The notes beneath the pieces were generated by a model that did no database searches, was not told the DNA's origin, and saw only the letters and a list, made by a program, of their open reading frames with translations. Source: Methanocaldococcus jannaschii DSM 2661 (GTDB lineage Archaea; AGJL01; Methanococci; Methanococcales; Methanocaldococcaceae). Taken from it: DNA of 32,000 nt. Every line of letters begins with the position of its first letter. Position 1 is the stretch's first letter. The stretch lies in NCBI RefSeq assembly GCF_000091665.1, contig NC_000909.1, positions 152,871-184,870 of the forward strand, given 5' to 3'. A program made the translations under genes and the position numbers. Shown here in pieces: positions 1 to 12,663 of this stretch.

Positions 1-177
1 GTTGCTCATAAATGCACCCTCTGCTTGGATGTTGATAGAATAACTCCAGCCTGTGTAGAGGCTTGTAAGGACAAAGCCCTCTTATTAGTATCAGAAGAAA
101 CACTTGACATGATGAAAGAAGAGAAAAGAAAAAAAATACTTAAAATTTTGAGAGAAGAAGCTAAAGAAAACCTATAA
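1..177 (+). CDS. C-terminal end of an Fe-S (ferredoxin-like) protein, truncated by the window start
   Basis: Open frame from base 1: VAHKCTLCLDVDRITPACVEACKDKALLLVSEETLDMMKEEKRKKILKILREEAKENL*, with Cys spacing like a 4Fe-4S site; directly upstream of cdhC. Confidence 0.75.
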   Translation, partial: VAHKCTLCLDVDRITPACVEACKDKALLLVSEETLDMMKEEKRKKILKILREEAKENL

Positions 178-199
178 AAACACTTAAAGGTGAGAAAGC

Positions 200-1609
200 A
201 TGTTTGATGATATCCCTGTCTCTGTTGGGCCGATGAATGAGGGGGAGAGAGTTAGGGGCCCTGATATGTATGTTGAACTTGCAGGGCCGAAGAGTTATGG
301 TTTTGAGTTGGTAAAAGTTGTAAATAAAGCAGAGGATAAGGTTGAAATTATAGGAAAAGATATTGATGAGATGGAAGAGGGTAGTAGAAACCCATTCGCT
401 ATAATTGTTGAAGTTAGTGGAAGTAATTTGGAGGAAGATTTAGAAGGAGTTTTAGAAAGAAGAATCCATGAGTTTTTAAATTACATAGAAGGAGTAATGC
501 ACCTAAACCAAAGAGACCAAGTATGGATAAGAATAAATAAGGATTCTTTTAATAAGGGATTGAGATTAAAGCATATTGGAAAAGTCGTTCAAAGATTGTT
601 TAAGGCAGAGTTTCCGTTTATAGAAAAATGTGATGTAACCATCATAACAGACCCAGAAAAAGTTAAAGAAGAGTTAGAAAAGGCAAGAGAAATTTACAAC
701 AAAAGAGATGAGAAAACTAAGGCACTGCATGAAGAGGATGTTGATGTATTCTATGGTTGTGTGATGTGTCAAAGTTTCGCTCCAACACACGTGTGTGTTA
801 TAACTCCAGACAGACCAGCGTTGTGTGGAGGTATAAACTACTTAGATGCAAGGGCTGCTGCTAAAATAGACCCTAACGGACCGATATTTGAAATACCTAA
901 AGGAGAATGCTTGGATGAAAAGTTAGGAATTTACTCTGGAGTAAATGAAGTTGTTAGAGAAAGGTCTCAAGGAACTGTTGAAGAGGTAACCCTACATAGT
1001 GCATTAGAAAAACCTTGCACATCTTGCGGATGCTTTGAGGCTATTGTCTTCTACATCCCAGAGGTTGATGGATTTGGTATAGCACATAGGGGATATAAAG
1101 GAGAAACTCCAATGGGAATTCCATTCTCTACTTTAGCTGGGCAGTGTAGTGGTGGAAAGCAGGTTCCTGGGTTCGTTGGTATTTCAATATCTTATATGAA
1201 ATCCCCTAAGTTCTTACAGGGAGACGGTGGTTGGGAGAGGGTTGTTTGGTTACCGAAAGAGTTAAAAGAGAGAGTTAAAGATGCGATACCAGAAGAGTTG
1301 TATGATAAGATAGCTACAGAAGAAGACGTTAAAACAACTGATGAATTAATCAAGTTCCTAAAAGAAAAAGGACACCCATGTGCTGAAAGAATAGGTGCTG
1401 AAGTTGAAGAAGAGGCAATTGAAGAGGAAGAAGTAGAAGAAGAGATGGAAGAAGTTGAAGGAATTGAAGTACCAACTATGACTCTTCCAGGAACATTTGC
1501 TGGGCTTCCACCAGGAATAAAAATAGTCTTATACAATGCAGTAATTAAAGCAGAAAAAATAATTATTACAAAAGAAGAGCCAGAAAAGAAGAAGAAAAAG
1601 AAGAAGTAA
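200..1609 (+). CDS. cdhC: Acetyl-CoA decarbonylase/synthase complex subunit beta
   Basis: 469-aa ORF with CdhC/ACS-like motifs (YGCVMCQSFAPTHVCVITPDRPALCGGINYLDARAA, CTSCGCFEAIVFYIPEVDGFGI, GGDGGWERVVWLPKELK) and an acidic/Lys-rich C-terminus. Confidence 0.95.
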   Translation: MFDDIPVSVGPMNEGERVRGPDMYVELAGPKSYGFELVKVVNKAEDKVEIIGKDIDEMEEGSRNPFAIIVEVSGSNLEEDLEGVLERRIHEFLNYIEGVMHLNQRDQVWIRINKDSFNKGLRLKHIGKVVQRLFKAEFPFIEKCDVTIITDPEKVKEELEKAREIYNKRDEKTKALHEEDVDVFYGCVMCQSFAPTHVCVITPDRPALCGGINYLDARAAAKIDPNGPIFEIPKGECLDEKLGIYSGVNEVVRERSQGTVEEVTLHSALEKPCTSCGCFEAIVFYIPEVDGFGIAHRGYKGETPMGIPFSTLAGQCSGGKQVPGFVGISISYMKSPKFLQGDGGWERVVWLPKELKERVKDAIPEELYDKIATEEDVKTTDELIKFLKEKGHPCAERIGAEVEEEAIEEEEVEEEMEEVEGIEVPTMTLPGTFAGLPPGIKIVLYNAVIKAEKIIITKEEPEKKKKKKK

Positions 1610-1739
1610 TTTTTATCTCTTTTACAAAATTTTATTTTCAGTTTTATTTGTATATTTAAATTTATTGATATAATGTGATAAAATAAAATAATAACTATAC
1701 ACCCATATAACCCATTCAAGAATTTCCATTCCTTTTTTT

Positions 1740-1764
1740 GGGCCATGCATAGGCTTCCACATCC
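1740..1764 (-). other. 3' arm of the 23S precursor processing stem (pairs with 4801-4825)
   Basis: gggccatgcataggcttccacatcc is the exact reverse complement of 4801-4825. The stem continues inward (1773-1791 / 4774-4792, one G-U) across a bulge-helix-bulge-like interruption. Confidence 0.9.
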
Positions 1765-1779
1765 GCTTAGTGTCTGGAT

Positions 1780-4765
<2,986 letters not shown>

Positions 4766-4800
4766 GGCTGGTGGCCCGGCAGAGTATCCAGATTTCACCG

Positions 4801-4825
4801 GGATGTGGAAGCCTATGCATGGCCC
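4801..4825 (-). other. 5' arm of the 23S precursor processing stem
   Basis: ggatgtggaagcctatgcatggccc, exact 25-bp inverted repeat of 1740-1764. Confidence 0.9.
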
Positions 4826-4834
4826 TCATGTTTT

Positions 4835-4928
4835 TACGGGACTTTCGCAGTTTGTAATATTTATAAGGTAGTGAGATGCTGAAAGCATCAATTACCAAAT
4901 AAAAATTATTTCCTGCGAAAGTCCCGTA
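4835..4928. repeat. TIR element copy A, in the spacer between 23S and tRNA-Ala
   Basis: Perfect 16-bp terminal inverted repeats tacgggactttcgcag (4835-4850) / ctgcgaaagtcccgta (4913-4928), with internal hairpin gatgc-tgaaa-gcatc. Internal sequence aligns with copy B. Confidence 0.85.
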
Positions 4929-4940
4929 TCAGGCCCTTCA

Positions 4941-4964
4941 CCTGCAACTCTTTGGAGTTGCAGG
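4941..4964 (-). other. Perfect spacer hairpin between tRNA-Ala and TIR element A
   Basis: cctgcaactc-tttg-gagttgcagg: 10-bp stem, 4-nt loop. Confidence 0.7.
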
Positions 4965-4976
4965 CTGCATATATAG

Positions 4977-5049
4977 TGGACCCGGTGGGATTTGAACCCA
5001 CGGCCTCCGGCTTGCAAGGCCGGCGCTCTCCCAGCTGAGCTACGGGCCC
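4977..5049 (-). tRNA. tRNA-Ala (anticodon UGC), no encoded CCA
   Basis: Minus strand GGGCCCGTAGCTCAGCTGGGAGAGCGCCGGCCTTGCAAGGCCGGAGGCCGTGGGTTCAAATCCCACCGGGTCCA: full cloverleaf, located in the 16S-23S spacer. Confidence 0.97.
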
Positions 5050-5059
5050 ACTTTCCCTA

Positions 5060-5102
5060 TGAGGCAAGCCCACGACTGGTTTGGTGCCCCGCAGCAACCA
5101 GC
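5060..5102 (-). other. 3' arm of the 16S processing stem with bulge-helix-bulge motif
   Basis: 5060-5080 is the exact reverse complement of 6657-6677, and 5087-5102 of 6634-6649. Between them GGUG/CACC can pair with A-rich bulges. Confidence 0.88.
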
Positions 5103-5112
5103 GCTTTTTTCT

Positions 5113-6589
<1,477 letters not shown>

Positions 6590-6633
6590 TAAGTGGGAGG
6601 TACGGTCGCAAGAAAGGATAAACCTTTCTTGCG

Positions 6634-6677
6634 GCTGGTTGCTGCGGGGTTTCACCACCAGTCGTGGGCTTGCCTCA
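6634..6677 (-). other. 5' arm of the 16S processing stem
   Basis: Reverse complement of 5060-5080 and 5087-5102. Confidence 0.88.
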
Positions 6678-6714
6678 GCCCCAACCCCTCCGGATTGGGG
6701 ACGCATCCCTCAAG

Positions 6715-6744
6715 TGCATCCTATAACGAGAGGTTGTTATATGC
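6715..6744 (-). promoter_or_regulatory. Putative rRNA operon promoter
   Basis: Minus strand GCATATAAC (TATA-like, ~6737-6744) about 24 nt upstream of TGCAC (~6714-6718), upstream of the 16S processing stem. Confidence 0.5.
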
Positions 6745-6811
6745 AACGTTTTTAGGAATAGAACAATAATTTGAATAAATTATTAATACATGCTATGAGA
6801 GAAGATTATTG

Positions 6812-6908
6812 TAATAGGACTTTCGCAGGAATAAATTTTTTATTGCGTATTGACACCCTCTGGGTGTCTAAGTTCCAAATTCAATATATAAATTGCGAAA
6901 GTCCTATT
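6812..6908. repeat. TIR element copy B
   Basis: Terminal inverted repeats taataggactttcgca (6812-6827) / tgcgaaagtcctatta (6893-6908), with internal hairpin gacaccc-tct-gggtgtc and ttccaaattcaatatataaa, which also occurs in copy C (reverse complement). Confidence 0.88.
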
Positions 6909-6933
6909 ATAAAATATTTGGAGCGTGGGATAC

Positions 6934-7215
6934 ATGGATGAAGTTAATATTAAAGTTGGAGATTATGTGGTTTATATAAATACTGGAACAAAAGGAAGAG
7001 TTGTAGATATAAGAAAAGACGAAAATGGAGACATTTGGGTTGTGTTAGATAACAATTTAATGTATAGACCGCACCTATTGAGAGTTATCGATAAGTCGAA
7101 GATAACAGAAAGAAAAGAAGATATTGATGAAGTCGTTAAGAAATTAGAAAAAGAAGAATTAGAAGAAGGAAAATTAATAGACCTGGATTTAGGAGATGCT
7201 TGTGGGGCTGGATAA
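6934..7215 (+). CDS. Small conserved archaeal protein, DUF2098-like (track start at 6925)
   Basis: MDEVNIKVGDYVVYINTGTKGRVVDIRKDENGDIWVVLDNNLMYRPHLLRVID...; short beta-rich domain. Confidence 0.65.
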   Translation: MDEVNIKVGDYVVYINTGTKGRVVDIRKDENGDIWVVLDNNLMYRPHLLRVIDKSKITERKEDIDEVVKKLEKEELEEGKLIDLDLGDACGAG

Positions 7216-7281
7216 ATCATTATTATTTTCCTTTTATTTTTTAAATTTTTTAAATTTTTATAAACTTGTATTGGTGATTTA

Positions 7282-8406
7282 ATGCTCTCCGACTATGAGG
7301 AGTTTTTAAGATTAGAGAAGGCAAGAAAAATTATCTTAGAAATATTAAATGAAAAGGGTAGAGATGCATTGTATGACTTAAGTGGATTGTCAGGAGGGTT
7401 TTTAATAGATGAAAAAGATAAAGCTTTATTAAATACCTACATTGGGTCATCTTACTTTGCAGAGAAGGTTAATGAATATGGGCTTAAACATTTAGGTGGA
7501 GATGAGAATGATAAATGTGTTGGTTTTAATAGAACATCATCGGCAATTTTAGCCACTATATTGGCATTAAAACCAAAAAAAGTTATCCACTATCTACCAG
7601 AACTTCCAGGACATCCATCAATAGAGAGAAGTTGTAAAATTGTTAATGCTAAGTATTTTGAATCTGATAAAGTAGGAGAGATTTTAAATAAAATAGATAA
7701 AGATACTCTAGTTATTATCACTGGTTCAACAATGGATTTGAAAGTTATTGAACTTGAAAACTTTAAAAAAGTTATTAATACAGCTAAAAATAAAGAAGCT
7801 ATTGTCTTTGTTGATGATGCCTCTGGAGCGAGAGTTAGGTTGTTATTTAATCAACCTCCAGCATTAAAATTGGGAGCTGATTTGGTAGTTACAAGCACAG
7901 ATAAGCTTATGGAAGGACCGAGGGGAGGTTTATTAGCTGGAAAAAAGGAACTTGTTGATAAGATATATATTGAAGGCACTAAGTTTGGCTTAGAAGCTCA
8001 GCCCCCTTTATTGGCTGGTATATATAGAGCTTTAAAAAACTTTAACTTAGAAAGAATTAGAAAAGCATTTGAAAGGGCTAAAAACTTTGATTTATCTAAG
8101 ATTGAAAAATTAAACAAAGAGCTTAAGGCAATAGATGATAATATAAATATTGTTTATGAAAGAACACCAACGGGATTTGTAATAAAAAGAGTTTATAAAG
8201 ATGACACTATAAATATTAAAAAACTCATTGAGATTGGGTTTAATTTGTTAAAAAATTATGGAATTATAACTATAACCGTGGCAGGTATGCCTGGGGCAAG
8301 TAAAAGTTTAAGGATTGATTTAACATCAAGGGATGCTGAAAGGATTGATGATAATTATATAATAAAGGCAATAGTTGAATCAATAAAAATGGCTTTTAAA
8401 TCTTAA
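7282..8406 (+). CDS. PLP-dependent SelA-like (selenocysteine synthase-related) protein
   Basis: 374 aa with aminotransferase fold motifs including [14 protein letters not shown] and [20 protein letters not shown]. Confidence 0.85.
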
Positions 8407-8440
8407 AAAGTTTAAAGTTCCTTTATATCACTAATTGTGG

Positions 8441-8467
8441 TTAAATATTTTTATAACTCTTTAAATC
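8441..8467 (-). repeat. Diverged duplicate of the nrpR 3' terminus (DLKSYKNI-stop)
   Basis: 24/27 identical to 8554-8580, which encodes DLKSYKEI-stop; same reading on the minus strand, including the stop. Confidence 0.85.
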
Positions 8468-8468
8468 C

Positions 8469-8522
8469 ATAGGGGAAGCCCCTATTGGGATACCCGAGCG
8501 GGGCTTCACTTCGTTCAGCCCC
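8469..8522. repeat. Hairpin element H1 (conserved-loop family) with an adjacent hairpin
   Basis: ggggct-tcacttcgttc-agcccc (8500-8522), preceded by atagggg-aag-cccctat (8469-8485). Alternative pairing gaagcccc (8475-8482) / ggggcttc (8500-8507). Confidence 0.8.
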
Positions 8523-8553
8523 ACTTTAATGAGAGTATTTAGGATATATGAGT

Positions 8554-10182
8554 TTAAATCTCCTTATAACTCTTTAAATCTGAAAATCTAACAACTTCAT
8601 GCATTGCCTTTAACTCAATAGGTATTTCATTCTCTTTCAATAACACTAAGGGATTTATTCCCCCCATTGTTACAACTCCACACATGTCTTTATTCACGCC
8701 AATACCATAAAGTTCATTGTTTGGCTCTCCTATAGCTTTAATACCATTCCAATTTAATTTCTTTAAAACTTCTTCTAATTTCTCTCTTGCAACTCTATGC
8801 ACTTCCCTAAATCCTGCCAAAAATGTTTTTTCACAATCAACAAAATTAAAGAAAACTTCATGAGGGTCTAATGACGAACCATCATAACCAATTATATCAA
8901 TAAACCTCTCCTTATCTTCAGTTATCTCCAAAATCCCCCCATATTTTGGTATGAGAGGAACTGAGTTTCTTAAAAATATTCCATCTAAGGTTACAGCACA
9001 GATTGTTTGAATTTTTATCCTATCATTTTCTTCAACAATTCCAAATCTGTCGGATATGCCTAAACCTTTTTTATATGCCTCTTTTAGTATATCAAATGCC
9101 TCATCAAGGTATTTTTTATCGATAAATGCAGTATTTACTATAACATCTCCATCAGCTTCATCTATATCATAGGTTACCTTTGCCATTGCATTGAACATTT
9201 TTGATAAAGCGGTTTTTATTCTTATATTTGCCTTCTTTGTTACTATATCCCTTGGATTCTTTTTAAGCTTATGGAGAGATTCTAATCTAACAATTGATGA
9301 CATTGGACAAATTTCAACGCAGTAGTTGTTTTCAACAAATGGAGCTATTGGTGTTAGACCTCCAATTAAAGCGACTCCCACCTTATCATCTCCAACATCT
9401 AATCCTAAAACATTTTCTGTCCCATAACTAATAATACATTTTAATTCATCTATCTCCAATATAGTCTCAAATCTCTCCAAAAACTCAACTCCAAAGTATC
9501 TAAAGTTTGCTGGTAAATAACCCTCCCCATTCTCTATAATACCCATAACATCTGTTTCTTTCTTCTCAATAAATGCTCTCAATGGGTCTATAGATGTAGA
9601 TTTGTAATCTATAATTTCTTTAAATTCTACTGGTTTTCCATCCTCATATTTAACAACTCCAGCACATACATGGAGTGGAAAAATGCCATTTTGTAGTAGG
9701 ATATTATCAAAGTTTAATGAGCAGAGGGTATTTATTTCCACGAATTTTTCCCTATCTATAATTCCAACTCTATCCCCAACAGCCAAACCAGACTCATAGA
9801 CACTTTTTATTATTTTTAACACATCATTAAAGTCTGCATAAACCTGACATCTGTTGATAACTACATATCCAAACCTATAGTTGGCAGATATTGTTTTTTC
9901 CAATATATTCGAGTAAATACTCCCCAGTCTATAAGATATATTAGCTTTCTCCAACTCCTCTAAACCTCTCTCAGTTATAACCCTTCCAGCATAACCAACT
10001 TTTTTTGTTAATTTCATCCCATCCAATAACTTTAAATGATATCTCACAGCCCTCTCTCCAATTTTATAACCCCTCTTATTAAGTTCTTTAGCTATAATTT
10101 TAGCCCCTACAGGCTCTTTTGATTTAGATAAAATATCTAAAATTTCTATTAACTTCCTATCAAGGTCTGCCATTATTATCAC
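8554..10182 (-). CDS. nrpR: NrpR-type transcriptional repressor (global nitrogen regulator)
   Basis: 542 aa: N-terminal winged HTH (KIIAKELNKRGYKIGERAVRYHLKLLDGMKLT) followed by two related NrpR domains. Confidence 0.9.
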   Translation of the reverse strand: MIIMADLDRKLIEILDILSKSKEPVGAKIIAKELNKRGYKIGERAVRYHLKLLDGMKLTKKVGYAGRVITERGLEELEKANISYRLGSIYSNILEKTISANYRFGYVVINRCQVYADFNDVLKIIKSVYESGLAVGDRVGIIDREKFVEINTLCSLNFDNILLQNGIFPLHVCAGVVKYEDGKPVEFKEIIDYKSTSIDPLRAFIEKKETDVMGIIENGEGYLPANFRYFGVEFLERFETILEIDELKCIISYGTENVLGLDVGDDKVGVALIGGLTPIAPFVENNYCVEICPMSSIVRLESLHKLKKNPRDIVTKKANIRIKTALSKMFNAMAKVTYDIDEADGDVIVNTAFIDKKYLDEAFDILKEAYKKGLGISDRFGIVEENDRIKIQTICAVTLDGIFLRNSVPLIPKYGGILEITEDKERFIDIIGYDGSSLDPHEVFFNFVDCEKTFLAGFREVHRVAREKLEEVLKKLNWNGIKAIGEPNNELYGIGVNKDMCGVVTMGGINPLVLLKENEIPIELKAMHEVVRFSDLKSYKEI

Positions 10183-10219
10183 CTAAAAAATAATTATTAA
10201 AAAAAAGAATAATAAAAAT

Positions 10220-11626
10220 TTATTTATCTAATCTCTCTTTCAATAACTCAATGACTCTCTTTGGATCTGCCCTTCCCCTTGTTAATCTCATTACTTGCCC
10301 CATTAAGAAGTTCAATGCCTCTTTTTTACCATTTAGATAATCTTCAACTGCCTTTGGATTGTTTTTAATAGCTTCCTCAACCGCTTTAACTAAAGCGTCT
10401 TCATCTCTAATAACTGTTAATCCAAGCTCCTCAACGAGTTCTTTAGGCATCTTCTTTCCTCTATTTATAACCAACAAATCAACAATCTCTTTAGCTATTT
10501 TTTGAGATATAACCCCCTCTTTAATTAGCTTTATTAATTCAACTATATGCTCTGCCTTAACCCCACTCTCATACAAATCTACTTTGTGATACTGTAAAGA
10601 CCTCCTCAACTCATTTCTAATCCATGTAACTGCCAAATCAACATTTTCCTTATTAACACCTAAGGATTTAACAACTTCCTCAAACATTTCAGCCATATCT
10701 AAGTCAGAAACTAATACCTTAGCATCCTCTTCATCAATACCATACTCTTCAACAAATCTTTTCTTCTTAGCTAATGGTGTTTCTGGCATTTTTTCCTCTA
10801 TTTCCTTAACCCATTTTTCAGAGATGACTATTGGCTGAATGTCTGGGTCTGGAATATATCTGTAATCTTCAGCAGTCTCTTTACTTCTCATTGCCTTAGT
10901 TATCATCTGACTTTCTAAGAATGCTCTTGTTTCTCTTTTAACCTCTCCCCCTCTTTTAATAATGTTTTTCTGTCTGATTAGTTCATATTTTAGAACTTTA
11001 TAAACCCCTTTAATTGAATTGACGTTTTTAACCTCAACCCTATTTCCTTGGACTCCCATATATTCAATGGAAATATTTACATCAGCCCTCATTGTTCCTT
11101 CTCCTCTTAAACAGCCAAGGTATCTGAATAATGTCATCAATTGCTTTAAAAATTCTCTTGCTTCTTCTGGGCTTTTTATATCTGGCTTTGTAACAATCTC
11201 AATTAGTGGGGTTCCGCTTCTGTTATAATCAACAATTCCAAAACTTGGGTTGTACTGCCCAGGGTCTTCCTCTAAATGAACCTCATGTATTCCAATACCC
11301 ATAAACTCTCCATCTACTCCAATAGGGGTTGAAGTTCTCTGATAACCGCTCGGTAAATCTGGATAATCATAATGCTTTCTTTGGAAGTAAATATCTTCAT
11401 CAACAACTATTTTACAACCAAGCATCTTTGCAACCATTATTGCAACTTCCACTGCCTTTTTATTTGGTGGGAGTGGTTTTGCTCCAGGCAATCCAAGACA
11501 GACAGGACAAACATTCGTGTTTGGCTCTGCATCTAAATAATTCGTTGAGCAGTTACAGAATAATTTTGATTTTGTATCAATTTGAACATGTATCTCCAAA
11601 CCACACTTCATTTTAACATCTTCCAT
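10220..11626 (-). CDS. gatB: Aspartyl/glutamyl-tRNA amidotransferase subunit B
   Basis: MEDVKMKCGLEIHVQIDTKSKLFCNCSTNYLDAEPNTNVCPVCLGLPGAKPLPP...; classic GatB. Start chosen at the second Met of the track ORF (10220..11638). Confidence 0.95.
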   Translation of the reverse strand: MEDVKMKCGLEIHVQIDTKSKLFCNCSTNYLDAEPNTNVCPVCLGLPGAKPLPPNKKAVEVAIMVAKMLGCKIVVDEDIYFQRKHYDYPDLPSGYQRTSTPIGVDGEFMGIGIHEVHLEEDPGQYNPSFGIVDYNRSGTPLIEIVTKPDIKSPEEAREFLKQLMTLFRYLGCLRGEGTMRADVNISIEYMGVQGNRVEVKNVNSIKGVYKVLKYELIRQKNIIKRGGEVKRETRAFLESQMITKAMRSKETAEDYRYIPDPDIQPIVISEKWVKEIEEKMPETPLAKKKRFVEEYGIDEEDAKVLVSDLDMAEMFEEVVKSLGVNKENVDLAVTWIRNELRRSLQYHKVDLYESGVKAEHIVELIKLIKEGVISQKIAKEIVDLLVINRGKKMPKELVEELGLTVIRDEDALVKAVEEAIKNNPKAVEDYLNGKKEALNFLMGQVMRLTRGRADPKRVIELLKERLDK

Positions 11627-11651
11627 ATTTCCACCCATTAAATTTTAATTT

Positions 11652-11679
11652 ACACCTCCGAGCGTAAGCGAGGAGGTGT
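11652..11679 (-). repeat. Hairpin element H2 (conserved-loop family)
   Basis: Minus strand ACACCTCC-TCGCTTACGCTC-GGAGGTGT: 8-bp stem, 12-nt loop. Confidence 0.85.
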
Positions 11680-11698
11680 TAGTTTTGATGAAACTTTA

Positions 11699-11752
11699 TT
11701 AAATTTTCACGTGCATTTCCAAACCACACTTCATTTTAACGTCATCGTTCAT
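11699..11752 (-). pseudogene. Truncated duplicate of the gatB 5' end (17-codon mini-ORF)
   Basis: Encodes MNDDVKMKCGLEMHVKI-stop, compared with GatB MEDVKMKCGLEIHVQI. 23-bp exact match GTTAAAATGAAGTGTGGTTTGGA plus a shared GGTGGAAA leader. Confidence 0.85.
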
Positions 11753-11782
11753 GTTTCCACCTTATTTTGGTCTTTTTAAAAC

Positions 11783-12301
11783 TTAGCTTTTTGGTTTTAA
11801 GATTTTTGGTCCCCTTGCTAAGGCAGTTATTCCAGTTCTTGCCATTTCTTTAATTCCTAATGGTTTAACTAAGTCAATAAATGCGTTTATTTTATCTTCA
11901 CTACCAGTTATCTCTACAATTAAAGATTCTGGACTTAAATCTACAACATTTCCTCTAAATATGCTTGTATATTGAATAACTTGTGATTTTGCACTCTCTG
12001 TTGGTGCATAAATCTTTATTAAACAGAGCTCTCTCTGAACGGATTTCTTTTCCTCTAACTCACTAACCTTTATAACATCAATTAATTTGTTGAGTTGTTT
12101 GATAACCTGCTCTAATATCTTATCATCTCCATTAACAACTATCGTAACTCTTGAAATTTGTGGATTCTCTGTTATTCCGACTGTAATACTTGAAATATTA
12201 AACCCTCTCCTTGTAAATAACCCTGAAATTCTCTGCAATACTCCTGGTTTATTTAAAACTAACGCGGAGATGACATGCCTATGTTCCATTATATTCACCA
12301 A
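11783..12301 (-). CDS. ilvH: Acetolactate synthase small (regulatory) subunit, ACT domain
   Basis: [35 protein letters not shown]...; IlvH/IlvN family. Confidence 0.93.
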
Positions 12302-12663
12302 TCCTTTTTATAGTAAGATTTAAAAATAATAAAATAGATATTTAGTAGAACTCACCATATAATAATTATGATACCTGAAATTTTTGATTTGCATATTTTT
12401 GATAGGATATGACAAGGCTTAATTTTTCTTTTGTTAATTAATTGGCATCTAAATTATTGGTTTTTGCAAATATTCTAAAGATAAAGGACATAATAAATGT
12501 CTTTCGATAGAGGGTGTTCAATTTTTCATAACTAAATTTAACAACTTTACGAAAAACTATGAAAATTTTCTTTTAATCTTAACTTAATTTTTGGTTTCCT
12601 ATTCTTTGCCTGGGTAATAGGATTTATCCAAATAAAATATATATAAATTTTTGGGATGGTAGT

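Noticed and set aside
1192-1746. 184-aa minus-strand ORF antisense to cdhC
   Set aside because: Antisense to a clear CdhC coding frame; low-complexity translation (FFFFFF, SSSTSSSSS).
4835-4928. TIR element A as part of the canonical 23S processing stem
   Set aside because: The 23S stem is fully explained by 1740-1764 / 4801-4825. The A inverted repeat pairs with itself and matches the ends of copies B and C elsewhere.
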